A model generated the notes under the pieces. That model was not told the DNA's origin and made no database searches. It was given only the letters and a program-made list of their open reading frames with translations. Of a stretch of 64,000 nt of DNA, positions 27,975-38,028 are shown one piece after another. Every line of letters begins with the position of its first letter. Position 1 is the stretch's first letter. The DNA comes from an uncultured Bacteroidales bacterium (lineage in GTDB: Bacteria; Bacteroidota; Bacteroidia; Bacteroidales; FEN-979), in NCBI GenBank assembly GCA_903837605.1, contig CAILVF010000021.1:14630-78629 (forward strand), given 5' to 3'. The position numbers were made by a program, and so were the translations under genes.

Positions 27975-29105
27975 ATCCTGCAACTTGCCTTCCTGCTCAT
28001 CATCTCAGCCTCATGCACAAAGAGTTCGCAGGACACCACAACGTCTAAGGCAACGCCTTACGTCATCCGCATACCAAAATATTTTCCAACCGAACTGAAT
28101 ATCCCTGCCGACAATCCGATGACTGTTGAAGGTGTTGAACTGGGACGTTACCTGTTTTATGATGGAAGGATATCGGGTCGAACCGAACCCGATTCCCTGA
28201 TGAGTTGCTCTACCTGCCATGTTCAGGCCCATTCTTTTGTATGCGGAATAGAGAATCCCCGCTTTCAGGGCGGCCACCCCCGCGGGCTTACCGGTATTTT
28301 AACCCCTCACTTCATGCTCCCGATGATCAACCTGGTATGGGTGACTAACGGTTATCTCTGGAACGGATCTCTTTCACCGGCTAACCCGCTCCAGGCAAAG
28401 CGCAGGCTGGAGGATATGTGCTGGATGGCGATCGTGGCACCTCACGAGATTTCAGGGGATACCAGCCGTTCCAGGGCGCTTATCCAGGGCATTGAAGGGT
28501 ATCCCGAATTATTTGAAAAAGCATTTGGCAGCAAAACCGTAACGGTGAAAAATATGGGCAGGGCTATAGCCCAGTTTGTTCGCACACTCATTTCGGCCAA
28601 CTCGAAGTTCGACAGGTTCCTGGAAGGGAAAGCCCAGCTTAGTGAAAAGGAGCGCAAGGGCTATGTACTTTTCATGACCGAAACCGGGGGTGATTGTTTT
28701 CACTGCCACGGCGGGGAAGGAAATCCCCTGTTTACTACCAATCTTTTCTATAATAACGGCCTTGACAGCGTATTTGTTGATCCTCTCGACAGGTACGGCT
28801 TTACTCATAATTCCATGGATGTTGGCGCATATGTGGCCCCTACATTGAGAAATGCCGCTTATACCGCACCATACATGCATGACGGCAGGTTTAAATCCCT
28901 GGAAGAAGTAATTGATTTTTATAGTTCGGGACTGGTATGGTCGCCAAGTATCAGCACCCTGATGCACCATGTTTCAACCCGGGGGGTGCAGTTGACCCCT
29001 TCACAGAAATCTGACCTTAAAGATTTCATCTTAACTTTGACCGACAGTAGTTTTGTGACAAATTCTGAGTTTTCCAGGCCGCCCAGGCTTCCTGGCGAAA
29101 AATGA
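27900..29105 (+). CDS. Di-heme cytochrome c peroxidase, MauG/MbnH family (lipoprotein)
   Basis: DNP.T.EGVELGR.LF.D, CSTCH, CFHCH, PTLRN..YTAPYMHDGRF. Confidence 0.88.
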   Translation: MKIERKALFEKSFPVSSYPIIQLSSILQLAFLLIISASCTKSSQDTTTSKATPYVIRIPKYFPTELNIPADNPMTVEGVELGRYLFYDGRISGRTEPDSLMSCSTCHVQAHSFVCGIENPRFQGGHPRGLTGILTPHFMLPMINLVWVTNGYLWNGSLSPANPLQAKRRLEDMCWMAIVAPHEISGDTSRSRALIQGIEGYPELFEKAFGSKTVTVKNMGRAIAQFVRTLISANSKFDRFLEGKAQLSEKERKGYVLFMTETGGDCFHCHGGEGNPLFTTNLFYNNGLDSVFVDPLDRYGFTHNSMDVGAYVAPTLRNAAYTAPYMHDGRFKSLEEVIDFYSSGLVWSPSISTLMHHVSTRGVQLTPSQKSDLKDFILTLTDSSFVTNSEFSRPPRLPGEK

Positions 29106-29114
29106 GGATATCCC

Positions 29115-29930
29115 ATGATCGTTAAATCAAACTGCAAAATAAACCTTGGACTGAATGTCGTGAGAAAACGGGCCGACGGCTATCACGACATCGAAACGGT
29201 ATTTTACCCTGTAGGGCTTTACGATTCCCTGGAAATTAAAGTCTCTGAGGATGAAAAGTTCCGTTTCTCCTCCACCGGACTTAAAATTCCCGGTGCCACG
29301 GCCTCAAACCTTTGTGTTCAGGCGTATGAACTCATGAGGGAGCATTTTAATATTCCTGCGGTCGGGATCCATCTTGAGAAGAACATACCAATGGGTTCAG
29401 GCCTGGGCGGAGGTTCTTCGGATGGAGCCGGAACACTTCTGGCCCTGAATGAGATTTTCGGGCTCAAACTCAGCCTTGAACATCTTAAGGCCTTTGCTTC
29501 AAGGCTTGGCAGCGATTGTACTTTTTTTATTGAAAATAAACCTGCCTTTGCAAAAGGAAGGGGAGAACTGCTGGAGAAACTTAATCTCAGCCTCTCCGGA
29601 TTTTACATTCTGCTGGTCATCCCGCATCTTCATATGAACACGGCAGAAGCATATGCGATGATGGAGCCGGCCGGTCCCGCAAGGTCTCTGAAAGAAATCG
29701 CCATGATGCCCCTGAACCAATGGAAAGATAGCATGCAAAATGACTTCGAAGGTCCGGTGTTCAGGAAATTTCCACTAATCGGAAAGATCAAGGAATTGCT
29801 GTATGAAAAGGGGGCAGTTTATGCCTCAATGAGCGGCAGCGGCTCGGCAGTTTATGGTATATTTAACGAAATCCCGGTGGTGGAAGCCTTGTTCCCCGGA
29901 TGTTTTGTGTGGGTCTCGAATCGTATTTAA
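29115..29930 (+). CDS. ispE: 4-diphosphocytidyl-2-C-methyl-D-erythritol kinase
   Basis: KINLGL, DGYHDIET, IPMGSGLGGGSSD, MSGSGS. Confidence 0.95.
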   Translation: MIVKSNCKINLGLNVVRKRADGYHDIETVFYPVGLYDSLEIKVSEDEKFRFSSTGLKIPGATASNLCVQAYELMREHFNIPAVGIHLEKNIPMGSGLGGGSSDGAGTLLALNEIFGLKLSLEHLKAFASRLGSDCTFFIENKPAFAKGRGELLEKLNLSLSGFYILLVIPHLHMNTAEAYAMMEPAGPARSLKEIAMMPLNQWKDSMQNDFEGPVFRKFPLIGKIKELLYEKGAVYASMSGSGSAVYGIFNEIPVVEALFPGCFVWVSNRI

Positions 29931-29947
29931 TTGCTGTAAACAGCGAA

Positions 29948-30008
29948 GCATTTTACACAAGCCGCATCAGGTGCAGCGCAGCAAACCGTAGCGGCGGTGT
30001 AAAGATGC
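29948..30008. repeat. Imperfect palindrome (REP-like or bidirectional terminator) between convergent ispE and lptG
   Basis: gcattttacac-aa-gccgc ... gcggc-g-gtgtaaagatgc. Confidence 0.55.
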
Positions 30009-30018
30009 GAGCGAATGT

Positions 30019-31095
30019 TTATTTCGGAGCCAGCCGTATAAGCACTAACGCGATGATGCCGAAAATGATATTGGGTATCCACACAGCAACCAGGGGCTGA
30101 AGGTTTCCGAACGTTGCAAATACCGTTGAAATCTGCATGAACAGGATATAAAGGAATGTAAGCGCAAGACCCATGCCCAGGTGCAATCCTATCCCGCCTC
30201 TTACTTTCCTCGAGGAAACCGCAACAGCGATCAAAGTGAGTATGAAGGTCGCAAAGGGATCAGAGATCCTGCTGTACCCCTTGACCTTGTATTTCATAAC
30301 ATCAGGGTCGCCGCGAAGCTCTTTCTTACGGATATGTTCCTTAAGCACGAAGTAGTTCATGATCTTGACCTCTTCTATATCCTCCGTGAAATCGGCCGGG
30401 ACCAGGGGCAGCAAGGTGTCAAGTTTAACGCCCTTTCGCATACTTTCCTTCAGGCCATCCATCTTTCGTTCATAAAAACTGCTGATGATCCAGTGCTGGC
30501 GAAGGCTGTCCCAGTCGAGACGTTCGGCTTTGAGTTTATAGACCATCTCCCTGTTCTGGAATTTTTCAATGGTGAACTTCCACCCGCTCTTTGTTTTAAT
30601 GTTGAAATTCTCAAGATATATAAAGGTTCCCGGGCTGATCTGGCGGTGGATGTTCATATCATTGAACTCCTTTGGATCCTTGATGTACTTCTTTTCAAAT
30701 GCATACATTCCCTGGTTGGTATAAGGGATGATGAAGTTTGCCAGGAGGAATGAAAGGAAGGCAAGGATTAGTGCCGACATAACATAAGGCAGCAGTAGCC
30801 TCCGGAAGCTTATGCCGCTGGCCAGAATAGCAACGATCTCCGAGTTTGAAGCCATCTTCGATGTAAAGAAGATCACAGCAATGAAAGTGAGCAGGTAACT
30901 GAACAGATTGATGAAATAGGGGATGAAGTTGAAGTAATAATCAACAACAATAGCCATCAGCGGGGGTTTGGTGCGCAGGAAATCGTCTATCCTTTCCGAA
31001 ATATCAAAGATCACAACGATGAAGATCAGCAGGACCAGGGTGAAAAAGAAAGTCCCCAGGAACTTACGGATGATATACAGGTCAAGGGTTCGCAT
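30019..31095 (-). CDS. lptG: LPS export ABC transporter permease, LptF/LptG family
   Basis: MRTLDLYIIRKFL start, SEIVAILASGIS..R, W.PNI.F; TGATG overlap with the upstream gene. Confidence 0.85.
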   Translation of the reverse strand: MRTLDLYIIRKFLGTFFFTLVLLIFIVVIFDISERIDDFLRTKPPLMAIVVDYYFNFIPYFINLFSYLLTFIAVIFFTSKMASNSEIVAILASGISFRRLLLPYVMSALILAFLSFLLANFIIPYTNQGMYAFEKKYIKDPKEFNDMNIHRQISPGTFIYLENFNIKTKSGWKFTIEKFQNREMVYKLKAERLDWDSLRQHWIISSFYERKMDGLKESMRKGVKLDTLLPLVPADFTEDIEEVKIMNYFVLKEHIRKKELRGDPDVMKYKVKGYSRISDPFATFILTLIAVAVSSRKVRGGIGLHLGMGLALTFLYILFMQISTVFATFGNLQPLVAVWIPNIIFGIIALVLIRLAPK

Positions 31096-32798
31096 CAGTA
31101 GATCTCCATCATTTGATAATTCATGTTCCTGGCAGGGGGTACCCAGCCTGTGGAAACGGAGACCCAAAAATAATAATTCCCCGGATGGGAAGGCGTAAAG
31201 AAACGAATACTGGTGTCCCTGCCTGCACCTGTAATAACCATATTGGTTAATTCGGTAGAAGGAACCATCTGGGCAATAAACTGGTCCTTGTAATGGATAT
31301 GGTATACCAGCCTGCTTGGCATCCATTTGTTCTCGTTGAACGTGACTTTCTCATTATAAGGATTTACAATGGTTATCGGCAGTATGATTGTTGAATTGGC
31401 AGGAAAACGCAGGGTCTTTAACTTAAATTTAAGTCCGAGCTTATAATGGGACCTGAAATTTTCCCAGTAGCCGTAATAAGTGATGATCCTGTTACTGCTG
31501 ATGAAGGCTTTTTTTGCAGGCAGCCACCGCCAGGGAACAAAATCAATAACCATGATGTCCTTTCCCTGCAGGCTCTTTTCAATTTTACTCCAGTAATAGT
31601 ATTGGGTTCGGTGACCGGCGTAATCTTCCATGGTATAGGCCGGTTTACCGGTATAAAAAATGTACTTTGATGCTCGTTGATAGGAGTTGAGGAACAGTAC
31701 CGGCCTGCCGTTTGCTTTTGCTTCAACTTCCTTCGACCATTCCTTCCATCCGTACAATTCTGAAAGATTTACAAGATGGCGGGGGATATTTAAATAATCG
31801 TAAACCAGGTAAACCCTGAGCCCTGCGGCAAATACCAGGCTAACAACCGCCAGTGACATGATCCATTTCCTCAATTTTATTTTGCCTGCGGATGTCGTGT
31901 AGGCGATAATCAGGAGAGGGGCGAATGCCGGGACCGTCCAGTTTGGTTCCACTTTGCCCCTGAAAGTATATGCCATGAAAAACAGTATAAATCCTATGGC
32001 CGTGAACTTTAAGCTTTTATCAAAAGGGCTTTCAGGTTTGAAGACTATCATGGCCCTGAAAAATACAAAGGCCATAAAGGGGCCGTAAATGAGGAACTGG
32101 CCAACAAAATACTCAGTGAAATACTTCAGCAGGTTGAATTGTTCGAAGCTTCTTTCAAAAAGATGGTAATATACCGTCGGATGGTCATTCCTGAATGACC
32201 ATAAAATATGGGGTATCATGCAGATGATCCCGCTGGCTGCGGCAATGTAAAACGACCTGCTTCTGAAGAGTTTGAAATTCGACATGATGGTAAAGAGAAT
32301 AACCAGTATGCCGTTGTATTTGCTGTATATCATGGCCGCCATGATCACTCCCCAGATCGCCGACAGCATGATGCTGTCCTTTTCAAGGAGTTTTTTGTAC
32401 ACGAGGAAATACAGGATGGTGAAAAAAAGCAGGGCTACGTCGGGGGCTGCCATAAAACCGCCGACCTGGGCAATCACTGTTGTAAACCCAAGTGCTGCAA
32501 ACAATACCGGGTCTTTAACACCGGCCAGCTTTGAAACGAAATAAAACGAGAGGGTGTTTATGATCACAAAAAAGAACCTCAGCCCGAACTCATTATGAAA
32601 GAGTGTATACCCGGCCCTTATCAATATGCCCACCATGGGAGGATGCTCGTAATATCCCCATGCCGGCCTTTGTCCGTACATCCAGAATAATGCCTCATCA
32701 TCGAACAGGCCTGTCGCTGCGGCCTGGATGAAATTGATGATCATCCAGCCGAGGAGGATGTAAAGCAGTAAGCGCTTATTGCCTGTGAGTTTATTCAT
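31095..32798 (-). CDS. ArnT/PMT-like (GT83/GT39, GT-C) membrane glycosyltransferase
   Basis: DEA.FW...WGYYEHPPM, PD, SKY, PH..W, E.NW motifs; multiple TM segments. Confidence 0.8.
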   Translation of the reverse strand: MNKLTGNKRLLLYILLGWMIINFIQAAATGLFDDEALFWMYGQRPAWGYYEHPPMVGILIRAGYTLFHNEFGLRFFFVIINTLSFYFVSKLAGVKDPVLFAALGFTTVIAQVGGFMAAPDVALLFFTILYFLVYKKLLEKDSIMLSAIWGVIMAAMIYSKYNGILVILFTIMSNFKLFRSRSFYIAAASGIICMIPHILWSFRNDHPTVYYHLFERSFEQFNLLKYFTEYFVGQFLIYGPFMAFVFFRAMIVFKPESPFDKSLKFTAIGFILFFMAYTFRGKVEPNWTVPAFAPLLIIAYTTSAGKIKLRKWIMSLAVVSLVFAAGLRVYLVYDYLNIPRHLVNLSELYGWKEWSKEVEAKANGRPVLFLNSYQRASKYIFYTGKPAYTMEDYAGHRTQYYYWSKIEKSLQGKDIMVIDFVPWRWLPAKKAFISSNRIITYYGYWENFRSHYKLGLKFKLKTLRFPANSTIILPITIVNPYNEKVTFNENKWMPSRLVYHIHYKDQFIAQMVPSTELTNMVITGAGRDTSIRFFTPSHPGNYYFWVSVSTGWVPPARNMNYQMMEIY

Positions 32799-32812
32799 CT
32801 CTTCAAATGCTC

Positions 32813-32923
32813 GTATTCTCGCAACGCTGCTGCGCCTTATCTTCGCTCAATTCCGTTATATCCCAAATCTCCATCGTTCTCCGGTTTTCGCTCCGATAAG
32901 CCAAGGCAGCTTTTGCGAAATAC
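32813..32923. repeat. ~110-bp palindromic element (REPIN/MITE-like) inside the tgt operon
   Basis: Left arm gtattctcgcaacgctgctgcgccttatc versus reverse complement of right arm gtatttcgcaaaagctgccttggcttatc. Confidence 0.65.
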
Positions 32924-32942
32924 ATCGCTATCTTCACTGTTA

Positions 32943-34073
32943 TTATAATCTGCTCATCAGTTTCACAACCATTTCGGCTTTCCATTTTGCAAAATCCCCG
33001 TCCTGTATGTGTTTTCGTGCCTCTTTCATCAGCCAGATATAAAACCCGAGATTATGCATGGTGGCGATCATGGCCGACAGCATTTCCCCTGAAATGAAGA
33101 GATGCCTCAGAAATGCCTTTGAATACTGTATATCGGAGTATACATCACCCGAGGCTTCAACAGGGGAGAAATCGTCTTTCCATTTTTCATTCTTGATGTT
33201 GATGATGCCGTCCCTCGTGAAAAGCATCCCGTTCCTGCCGTTCCTGGTCGGGATAACACAGTCGAACATGTCGATGCCAAGTGCTATGCTTTCGAGTAAA
33301 TTTGCCGGGGTTCCCACACCCATCAGGTACCTGGGTTTTTCAGGGGGCAGTATGTTGCATACAAGGCCTGTGATCTCATACATGATCTTTGCCGGTTCCC
33401 CTACCGAAAGACCTCCTATGGCATAACCGTCTGCTTCCTTTGATGCAAGGTATTCTGCCGATTGTATCCTGAGGTCCCCGAAGGTGCTCCCCTGCACTAT
33501 AGGGAACAACGCCTGGGTATAACCGTAACGGCATTGGGTCTTGTTGAAATGCTCAAGGCAGCGGTCAAGCCATTTATGGGTCCGTTTCAGGGATTTTTTT
33601 GCATACTCGTATTCGCAGGGATACGGGGTGCATTCGTCGAATGCCATGATGATGTCGGCTCCCAGGGAACGTTGAATGTCAATTGCTGATTCGGGTGTGA
33701 AGTGATGCCTCGAACCGTCGATATGCGACTGGAATACCACACCTTCATCGGTGATCTTCCGGATATCGGCAAGTGAATAGATCTGGAAGCCGCCACTGTC
33801 GGTGAGTATGGGCCGGTCCCAGCCGTTGAATTTATGCAAGCCGCCTGCTTCTTCAATGATCCTGGTCCCCGGGCGGAGGTAAAGGTGGTAGGTATTGCTG
33901 AGCATGATCTCAGCCCTGATCTCTTCCCTGAGGTCCCTGATGTGCAATGCCTTCACAGCACCGGCAGTTCCTACCGGCATAAAAAAAGGAGTGTGAACCA
34001 CACCATGGTCAGTGATCAGGGACCCGGCCCTGGCTGAACTTCCGGGATCGCGATGTTCTATTCTGAAATTCAT
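32943..34073 (-). CDS. tgt: tRNA-guanine transglycosylase
   Basis: TP.FMPVGT, NTYHL, TDSGGFQ, GGLSVGE, DMFDCV.PTR. Confidence 0.96.
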   Translation of the reverse strand: MNFRIEHRDPGSSARAGSLITDHGVVHTPFFMPVGTAGAVKALHIRDLREEIRAEIMLSNTYHLYLRPGTRIIEEAGGLHKFNGWDRPILTDSGGFQIYSLADIRKITDEGVVFQSHIDGSRHHFTPESAIDIQRSLGADIIMAFDECTPYPCEYEYAKKSLKRTHKWLDRCLEHFNKTQCRYGYTQALFPIVQGSTFGDLRIQSAEYLASKEADGYAIGGLSVGEPAKIMYEITGLVCNILPPEKPRYLMGVGTPANLLESIALGIDMFDCVIPTRNGRNGMLFTRDGIINIKNEKWKDDFSPVEASGDVYSDIQYSKAFLRHLFISGEMLSAMIATMHNLGFYIWLMKEARKHIQDGDFAKWKAEMVVKLMSRL

Positions 34074-34127
34074 CTTTTACAGCTGAATTCTGGGATTTAG
34101 TAATTAACGAAGCCGCCTATTTATCGA

Positions 34128-34165
34128 CAAAGGTAGGTTTTTATAGCGGATTCTGAATATCTTTG
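34128..34165. promoter_or_regulatory. Divergent -7 elements for tgt (minus) and the GT2 gene (plus)
   Basis: caaaggta at 34128-34135 and tatctttg at 34158-34165. Confidence 0.6.
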
Positions 34166-34191
34166 CCGCCATCCAATTCAAAACTCGTTAA

Positions 34192-35325
34192 ATGCCCGAC
34201 CGACTTGTAAATCTTGATACTTTCCCACTGGCCTTGCTGATCACCCTGTCCTGCTTTTTTCTTATCCAGATGGTTTATTACCTTGCGCTTTTCCTTAAAC
34301 TGGCAAGATATAAAGGACCTGTATCCGTCAGTTCGAAAGAAGGGGTCTCGGTGGTTATCTGCGCCCATAATGAATTTTACAATCTGAAGGCAAACCTCCC
34401 TTTGATCCTGGAACAGGATTATCCGGAGTTTGAGGTCCTGGTTGTAAATCATGCTTCAGACGATGAAACCTCATACCTGATTTCCGATTTACAGAAAGAA
34501 TATCCGAACCTGAAGGGCATCGAAATAAAGAAGGATCTAAATTTCTTTACGGGAAAGAAATTCCCTCTGGCTATCGGGATCAAATCGGCGAAATATGATA
34601 AGGTGCTGCTTACCGATGCAGATTGCAAACCATCCTCCCCACACTGGATCGAAACGATGCAATCGGCCTACACCGAAAGAATTAAAGTGGTGCTCGGTTA
34701 CAGCCCGTACACCCGGGTAAAAGGGATCCTGAATAAGCTGATCCGTTATGACACGGCTCATATTGCGATCCAGTATCTTTCAAGTGCACTGGCCGGGCTT
34801 CCTTATATGGGGGTTGGCAGGAACCTCTCTTACCTGAGATCGGTGTTTTACGATAATCAGGGGTTTATAAAACACTACAGGATACGATCGGGTGATGATG
34901 ATCTTTTCATCAACAGGGTGGCAAAAAAATCAAATACTGCAGTGGTGGTTAGTCCGGAAAGTTATACAGTTTCGGAACCCAAGAAGACATTCAGCCATTG
35001 GGTTACACAAAAGAGGCGCCATCTTTCGACTTCCACCCATTACCGGTTTGTTCACAGGTTCCTGCTTGGATTGTATTCTTTCAGCCTGTTGTTTTACTAT
35101 GTCTTTTTTGTATTGATGCTGGCCCTGAATTTCTCTGTGCTCCCTGTTCTCGGATTGTTTGCACTGAGAATGCTCATCCAGTACCTGGTCATTTCACGCT
35201 GCTTCAGGCAGCTCAATGAAAATGACCTTATCCTTTTTATTCCATTGCTGGAAATTGTACTTTTGCTATTGAATATTGGTATCGGCATCACGAACGTTTT
35301 CCGCAAACCGAATAAATGGAAATAG
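34192..35325 (+). CDS. Family 2 glycosyltransferase with C-terminal TM helices
   Basis: VSVVICAHNE, GKK, TDADC, SGDDDL, QKRRH. Confidence 0.88.
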   Translation: MPDRLVNLDTFPLALLITLSCFFLIQMVYYLALFLKLARYKGPVSVSSKEGVSVVICAHNEFYNLKANLPLILEQDYPEFEVLVVNHASDDETSYLISDLQKEYPNLKGIEIKKDLNFFTGKKFPLAIGIKSAKYDKVLLTDADCKPSSPHWIETMQSAYTERIKVVLGYSPYTRVKGILNKLIRYDTAHIAIQYLSSALAGLPYMGVGRNLSYLRSVFYDNQGFIKHYRIRSGDDDLFINRVAKKSNTAVVVSPESYTVSEPKKTFSHWVTQKRRHLSTSTHYRFVHRFLLGLYSFSLLFYYVFFVLMLALNFSVLPVLGLFALRMLIQYLVISRCFRQLNENDLILFIPLLEIVLLLLNIGIGITNVFRKPNKWK

Positions 35326-35924
35326 CAAACCATCTAACCGATAAAGGGCAGAGGGATTACCGCCTTGTGCAGCTGGCACTAACCGAAGGCGACCAGAAAG
35401 CTTATGCGGAACTGCTGAATAATTACCGGGATTCCTTATACTTTATGATGCTTAAAATGACAGGCAATCCCGTTGATGCCGATGACCTGACCATCGAGGC
35501 GTTCGGCAAGGCATTCAGGAACCTGGCCCAATACACTCCTGATTATGCTTTCAGTACATGGCTTTTTAAAATAGGCGCCAACAATTGTATAGATTTTCTA
35601 AGGAAAAGCAGGAGGATCCAGTTTGCCGATTATGAGTGGGGAGATGAAGAGGAGTCTTCGGATCTTCCATCAAATATCCCATCCACCACCCCTGACCCCG
35701 AAGAGCATATCATTGCCAAGCAGAAGGTAAAGCTGATGCACGAAGTGGTGGATAAATTAAAACCGCATTATCGCCAGCTTATCGAGATGCGGTATTTCAA
35801 GGAATGGTCTTATGAAGAGATCGCTTCTTCACTGGATCTGCCTTTGGGCACTGTAAAGGCACAGCTTTTCAGGGCCCGGGAGCTCCTACATGAGATACTT
35901 AAAGATTCGCAGGATAAGATTTAA
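35316..35924 (+). CDS. ECF sigma-70 factor
   Basis: DADDLT.EAF.KAF, FSTWLF.I..N..IDF.R, SYEEIA..L.LP.GTVKAQLFRAR. Confidence 0.92.
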   Translation: MEIANHLTDKGQRDYRLVQLALTEGDQKAYAELLNNYRDSLYFMMLKMTGNPVDADDLTIEAFGKAFRNLAQYTPDYAFSTWLFKIGANNCIDFLRKSRRIQFADYEWGDEEESSDLPSNIPSTTPDPEEHIIAKQKVKLMHEVVDKLKPHYRQLIEMRYFKEWSYEEIASSLDLPLGTVKAQLFRARELLHEILKDSQDKI

Positions 35925-35947
35925 CCCGTGATGAACGTGATATAATT

Positions 35948-37939
35948 ATGGACTTCAAACAGCAAATACGTGAGGGGATCCCGGCTGAATTGCCCGTGCC
36001 CAGGCCTGTTGACAACAATGTTAGTCATGCCCCTGTAAGGAAGGACATTTTAACTCCTGAAGAGAAGAAACTGGCAGTTCGTAACGCTTTACGTTATTTC
36101 CCTTCACATTTCCACAAGGTACTGGCGAAAGAATTCGCTGAGGAACTCAGGTTGTATGGCCGGATCTATATGTATCGTTTCAGGCCGGTTTATGATATGC
36201 ATGCCCGCAATATCAATGAGTATCCATGCAGCTCTCTGCAGTCTGCAGCGGTGATGCTTATGATCCAGAACAACCTTGATCCTGCTGTGGCTCAGCATCC
36301 GCATGAACTCATCACCTACGGCGGCAACGGTGCAGTCTTCCAGAACTGGGCGCAGTATCTTATTACTATGAAATATCTTGCCGCCATGACTGATGAGCAA
36401 ACACTGGTCATGTACTCGGGTCACCCTATGGGCCTTTTCCCATCCCATAAAGAAGCGCCAAGGGTCGTTGTTACCAATGGCATGATGGTCCCGAATTACA
36501 GCAGGCCCGACGACTGGGAGCGGTTTAATGCAATGGGGGTGACGCAGTACGGACAGATGACCGCAGGTTCTTATATGTATATCGGCCCACAGGGAATTGT
36601 CCACGGAACGACAATAACCATCCTGAATGCAGCCAGGCGCAGGGCCGAAGGCGATATAAGCGGTAAGATCTTTGTCACCTCAGGCCTCGGGGGGATGTCG
36701 GGGGCGCAGGCCAAGGCTTCGGTTATTGCCGGTGCTATCGGGGTTGTTGCAGAAGTCAACCCCTGGGCTGTTCACAAACGGCATTCTCAGGGGTGGGTCG
36801 ATGAGGTTTATACCGACCTTGACCTCCTGATCGAAAGAATGCTTGAAGCCAGGTCGAAGAAACAGGCTGTGTCGCTGGCATACCAGGGTAATATTGTGGA
36901 CTTATGGGAGAAACTGGTAGAAAAGAATATTAAAATCGAGATGGGCTCCGACCAGACTTCATTGCATAATCCCTGGGCCGGGGGGTATTACCCTGCGGGT
37001 CTCAGCATGGAAGAATCAAATGCGCTTATGGTCAGGGATCCGCTTAAATTCCGCGAAGAAGTGCAGAGATCCCTCCGCCGCCAGGTCGACGCTATTAACC
37101 GCATGAGTGCAAACGGGATGTATTTCTGGGATTATGGAAATGCTTTTCTTCTTGAAGCAGGGAGGGCCGGTGCCGATGTGATGAAAGCCGATGGCACCTT
37201 CATCTACCCCTCGTATGTTCAGGATATTATGGGACCCTTATTTTTCGATTATGGCTTTGGCCCATTCCGCTGGGTTTGTACATCGGGCGATCCGAAAGAC
37301 CTGGAGGTCACCGACCTGATCGCAGGGGACGTTATGGAGGAGATCGCGGGAGAGTCTCCGGCAGAGATCCGGATGCAGCTAAAGGATAATATTCACTGGA
37401 TCCGTGAAGCTGGAATTAACAGGATGGTTGTCGGGTCACAGGCAAGGATTTTATATGCCGACTGCGAAGGCCGAACTAAAATAGCAGCAGCATTTAACAA
37501 GGCAATCGGCAGTGGTAAAATCTCGGCGCCTGTTGTTCTTGGAAGGGACCATCATGATGTTTCAGGGACTGATTCTCCGTTCCGCGAAACATCAAACATC
37601 TATGACGGATCGGCTTTTACTGCCGATATGGCTATACAAAATGTGATTGGCGACAGCTTTCGCGGGGCTACCTGGGTATCCATCCATAATGGCGGTGGTG
37701 TGGGATGGGGGGAGGTCATCAACGGTGGCTTCGGCATGGTCCTCGACGGTTCTGCCGATGCTGAACGCAGGTTGCGTTCCATGCTTCACTGGGATGTGAA
37801 TAATGGAATCTCCCGCAGGGCCTGGGCCCGTAATGAGGAAGCGGTGTTTGCCATCAAAAGGGCTATGGCAGAAAATCCTTCATTAAAGGTAACTCTGCCG
37901 AATACAGTTGAAGATTCCTTTCTGGACGGCTTGTTCTGA
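35948..37939 (+). CDS. hutU: Urocanate hydratase (long form)
   Basis: NNLDP.VAQ.P.EL.TYGG, YGQMTAGS..YIGPQGIVHGT, GLGGMSGAQ, DQTS.H, GRDHHD, HNGGGVG.G. Confidence 0.95.
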   Translation: MDFKQQIREGIPAELPVPRPVDNNVSHAPVRKDILTPEEKKLAVRNALRYFPSHFHKVLAKEFAEELRLYGRIYMYRFRPVYDMHARNINEYPCSSLQSAAVMLMIQNNLDPAVAQHPHELITYGGNGAVFQNWAQYLITMKYLAAMTDEQTLVMYSGHPMGLFPSHKEAPRVVVTNGMMVPNYSRPDDWERFNAMGVTQYGQMTAGSYMYIGPQGIVHGTTITILNAARRRAEGDISGKIFVTSGLGGMSGAQAKASVIAGAIGVVAEVNPWAVHKRHSQGWVDEVYTDLDLLIERMLEARSKKQAVSLAYQGNIVDLWEKLVEKNIKIEMGSDQTSLHNPWAGGYYPAGLSMEESNALMVRDPLKFREEVQRSLRRQVDAINRMSANGMYFWDYGNAFLLEAGRAGADVMKADGTFIYPSYVQDIMGPLFFDYGFGPFRWVCTSGDPKDLEVTDLIAGDVMEEIAGESPAEIRMQLKDNIHWIREAGINRMVVGSQARILYADCEGRTKIAAAFNKAIGSGKISAPVVLGRDHHDVSGTDSPFRETSNIYDGSAFTADMAIQNVIGDSFRGATWVSIHNGGGVGWGEVINGGFGMVLDGSADAERRLRSMLHWDVNNGISRRAWARNEEAVFAIKRAMAENPSLKVTLPNTVEDSFLDGLF

Positions 37940-38019
37940 TAAAGCATCTTGCCGCCGCCTGCTAAAATTGAAGATTCCTTTGCGGATAACCTGTTCTGAT
38001 AAAACAGCTTGCCGCCGCC
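37908..38019 (+). repeat. Diverged direct repeat (period 60 nt) duplicating the hutU 3' end
   Basis: ttgaagattccttt...tgttctgataaa.ca.cttgccgccgcc at 37908-37959 and 37968-38019. Confidence 0.85.
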
Positions 38020-38028
38020 ATCTCCTGA

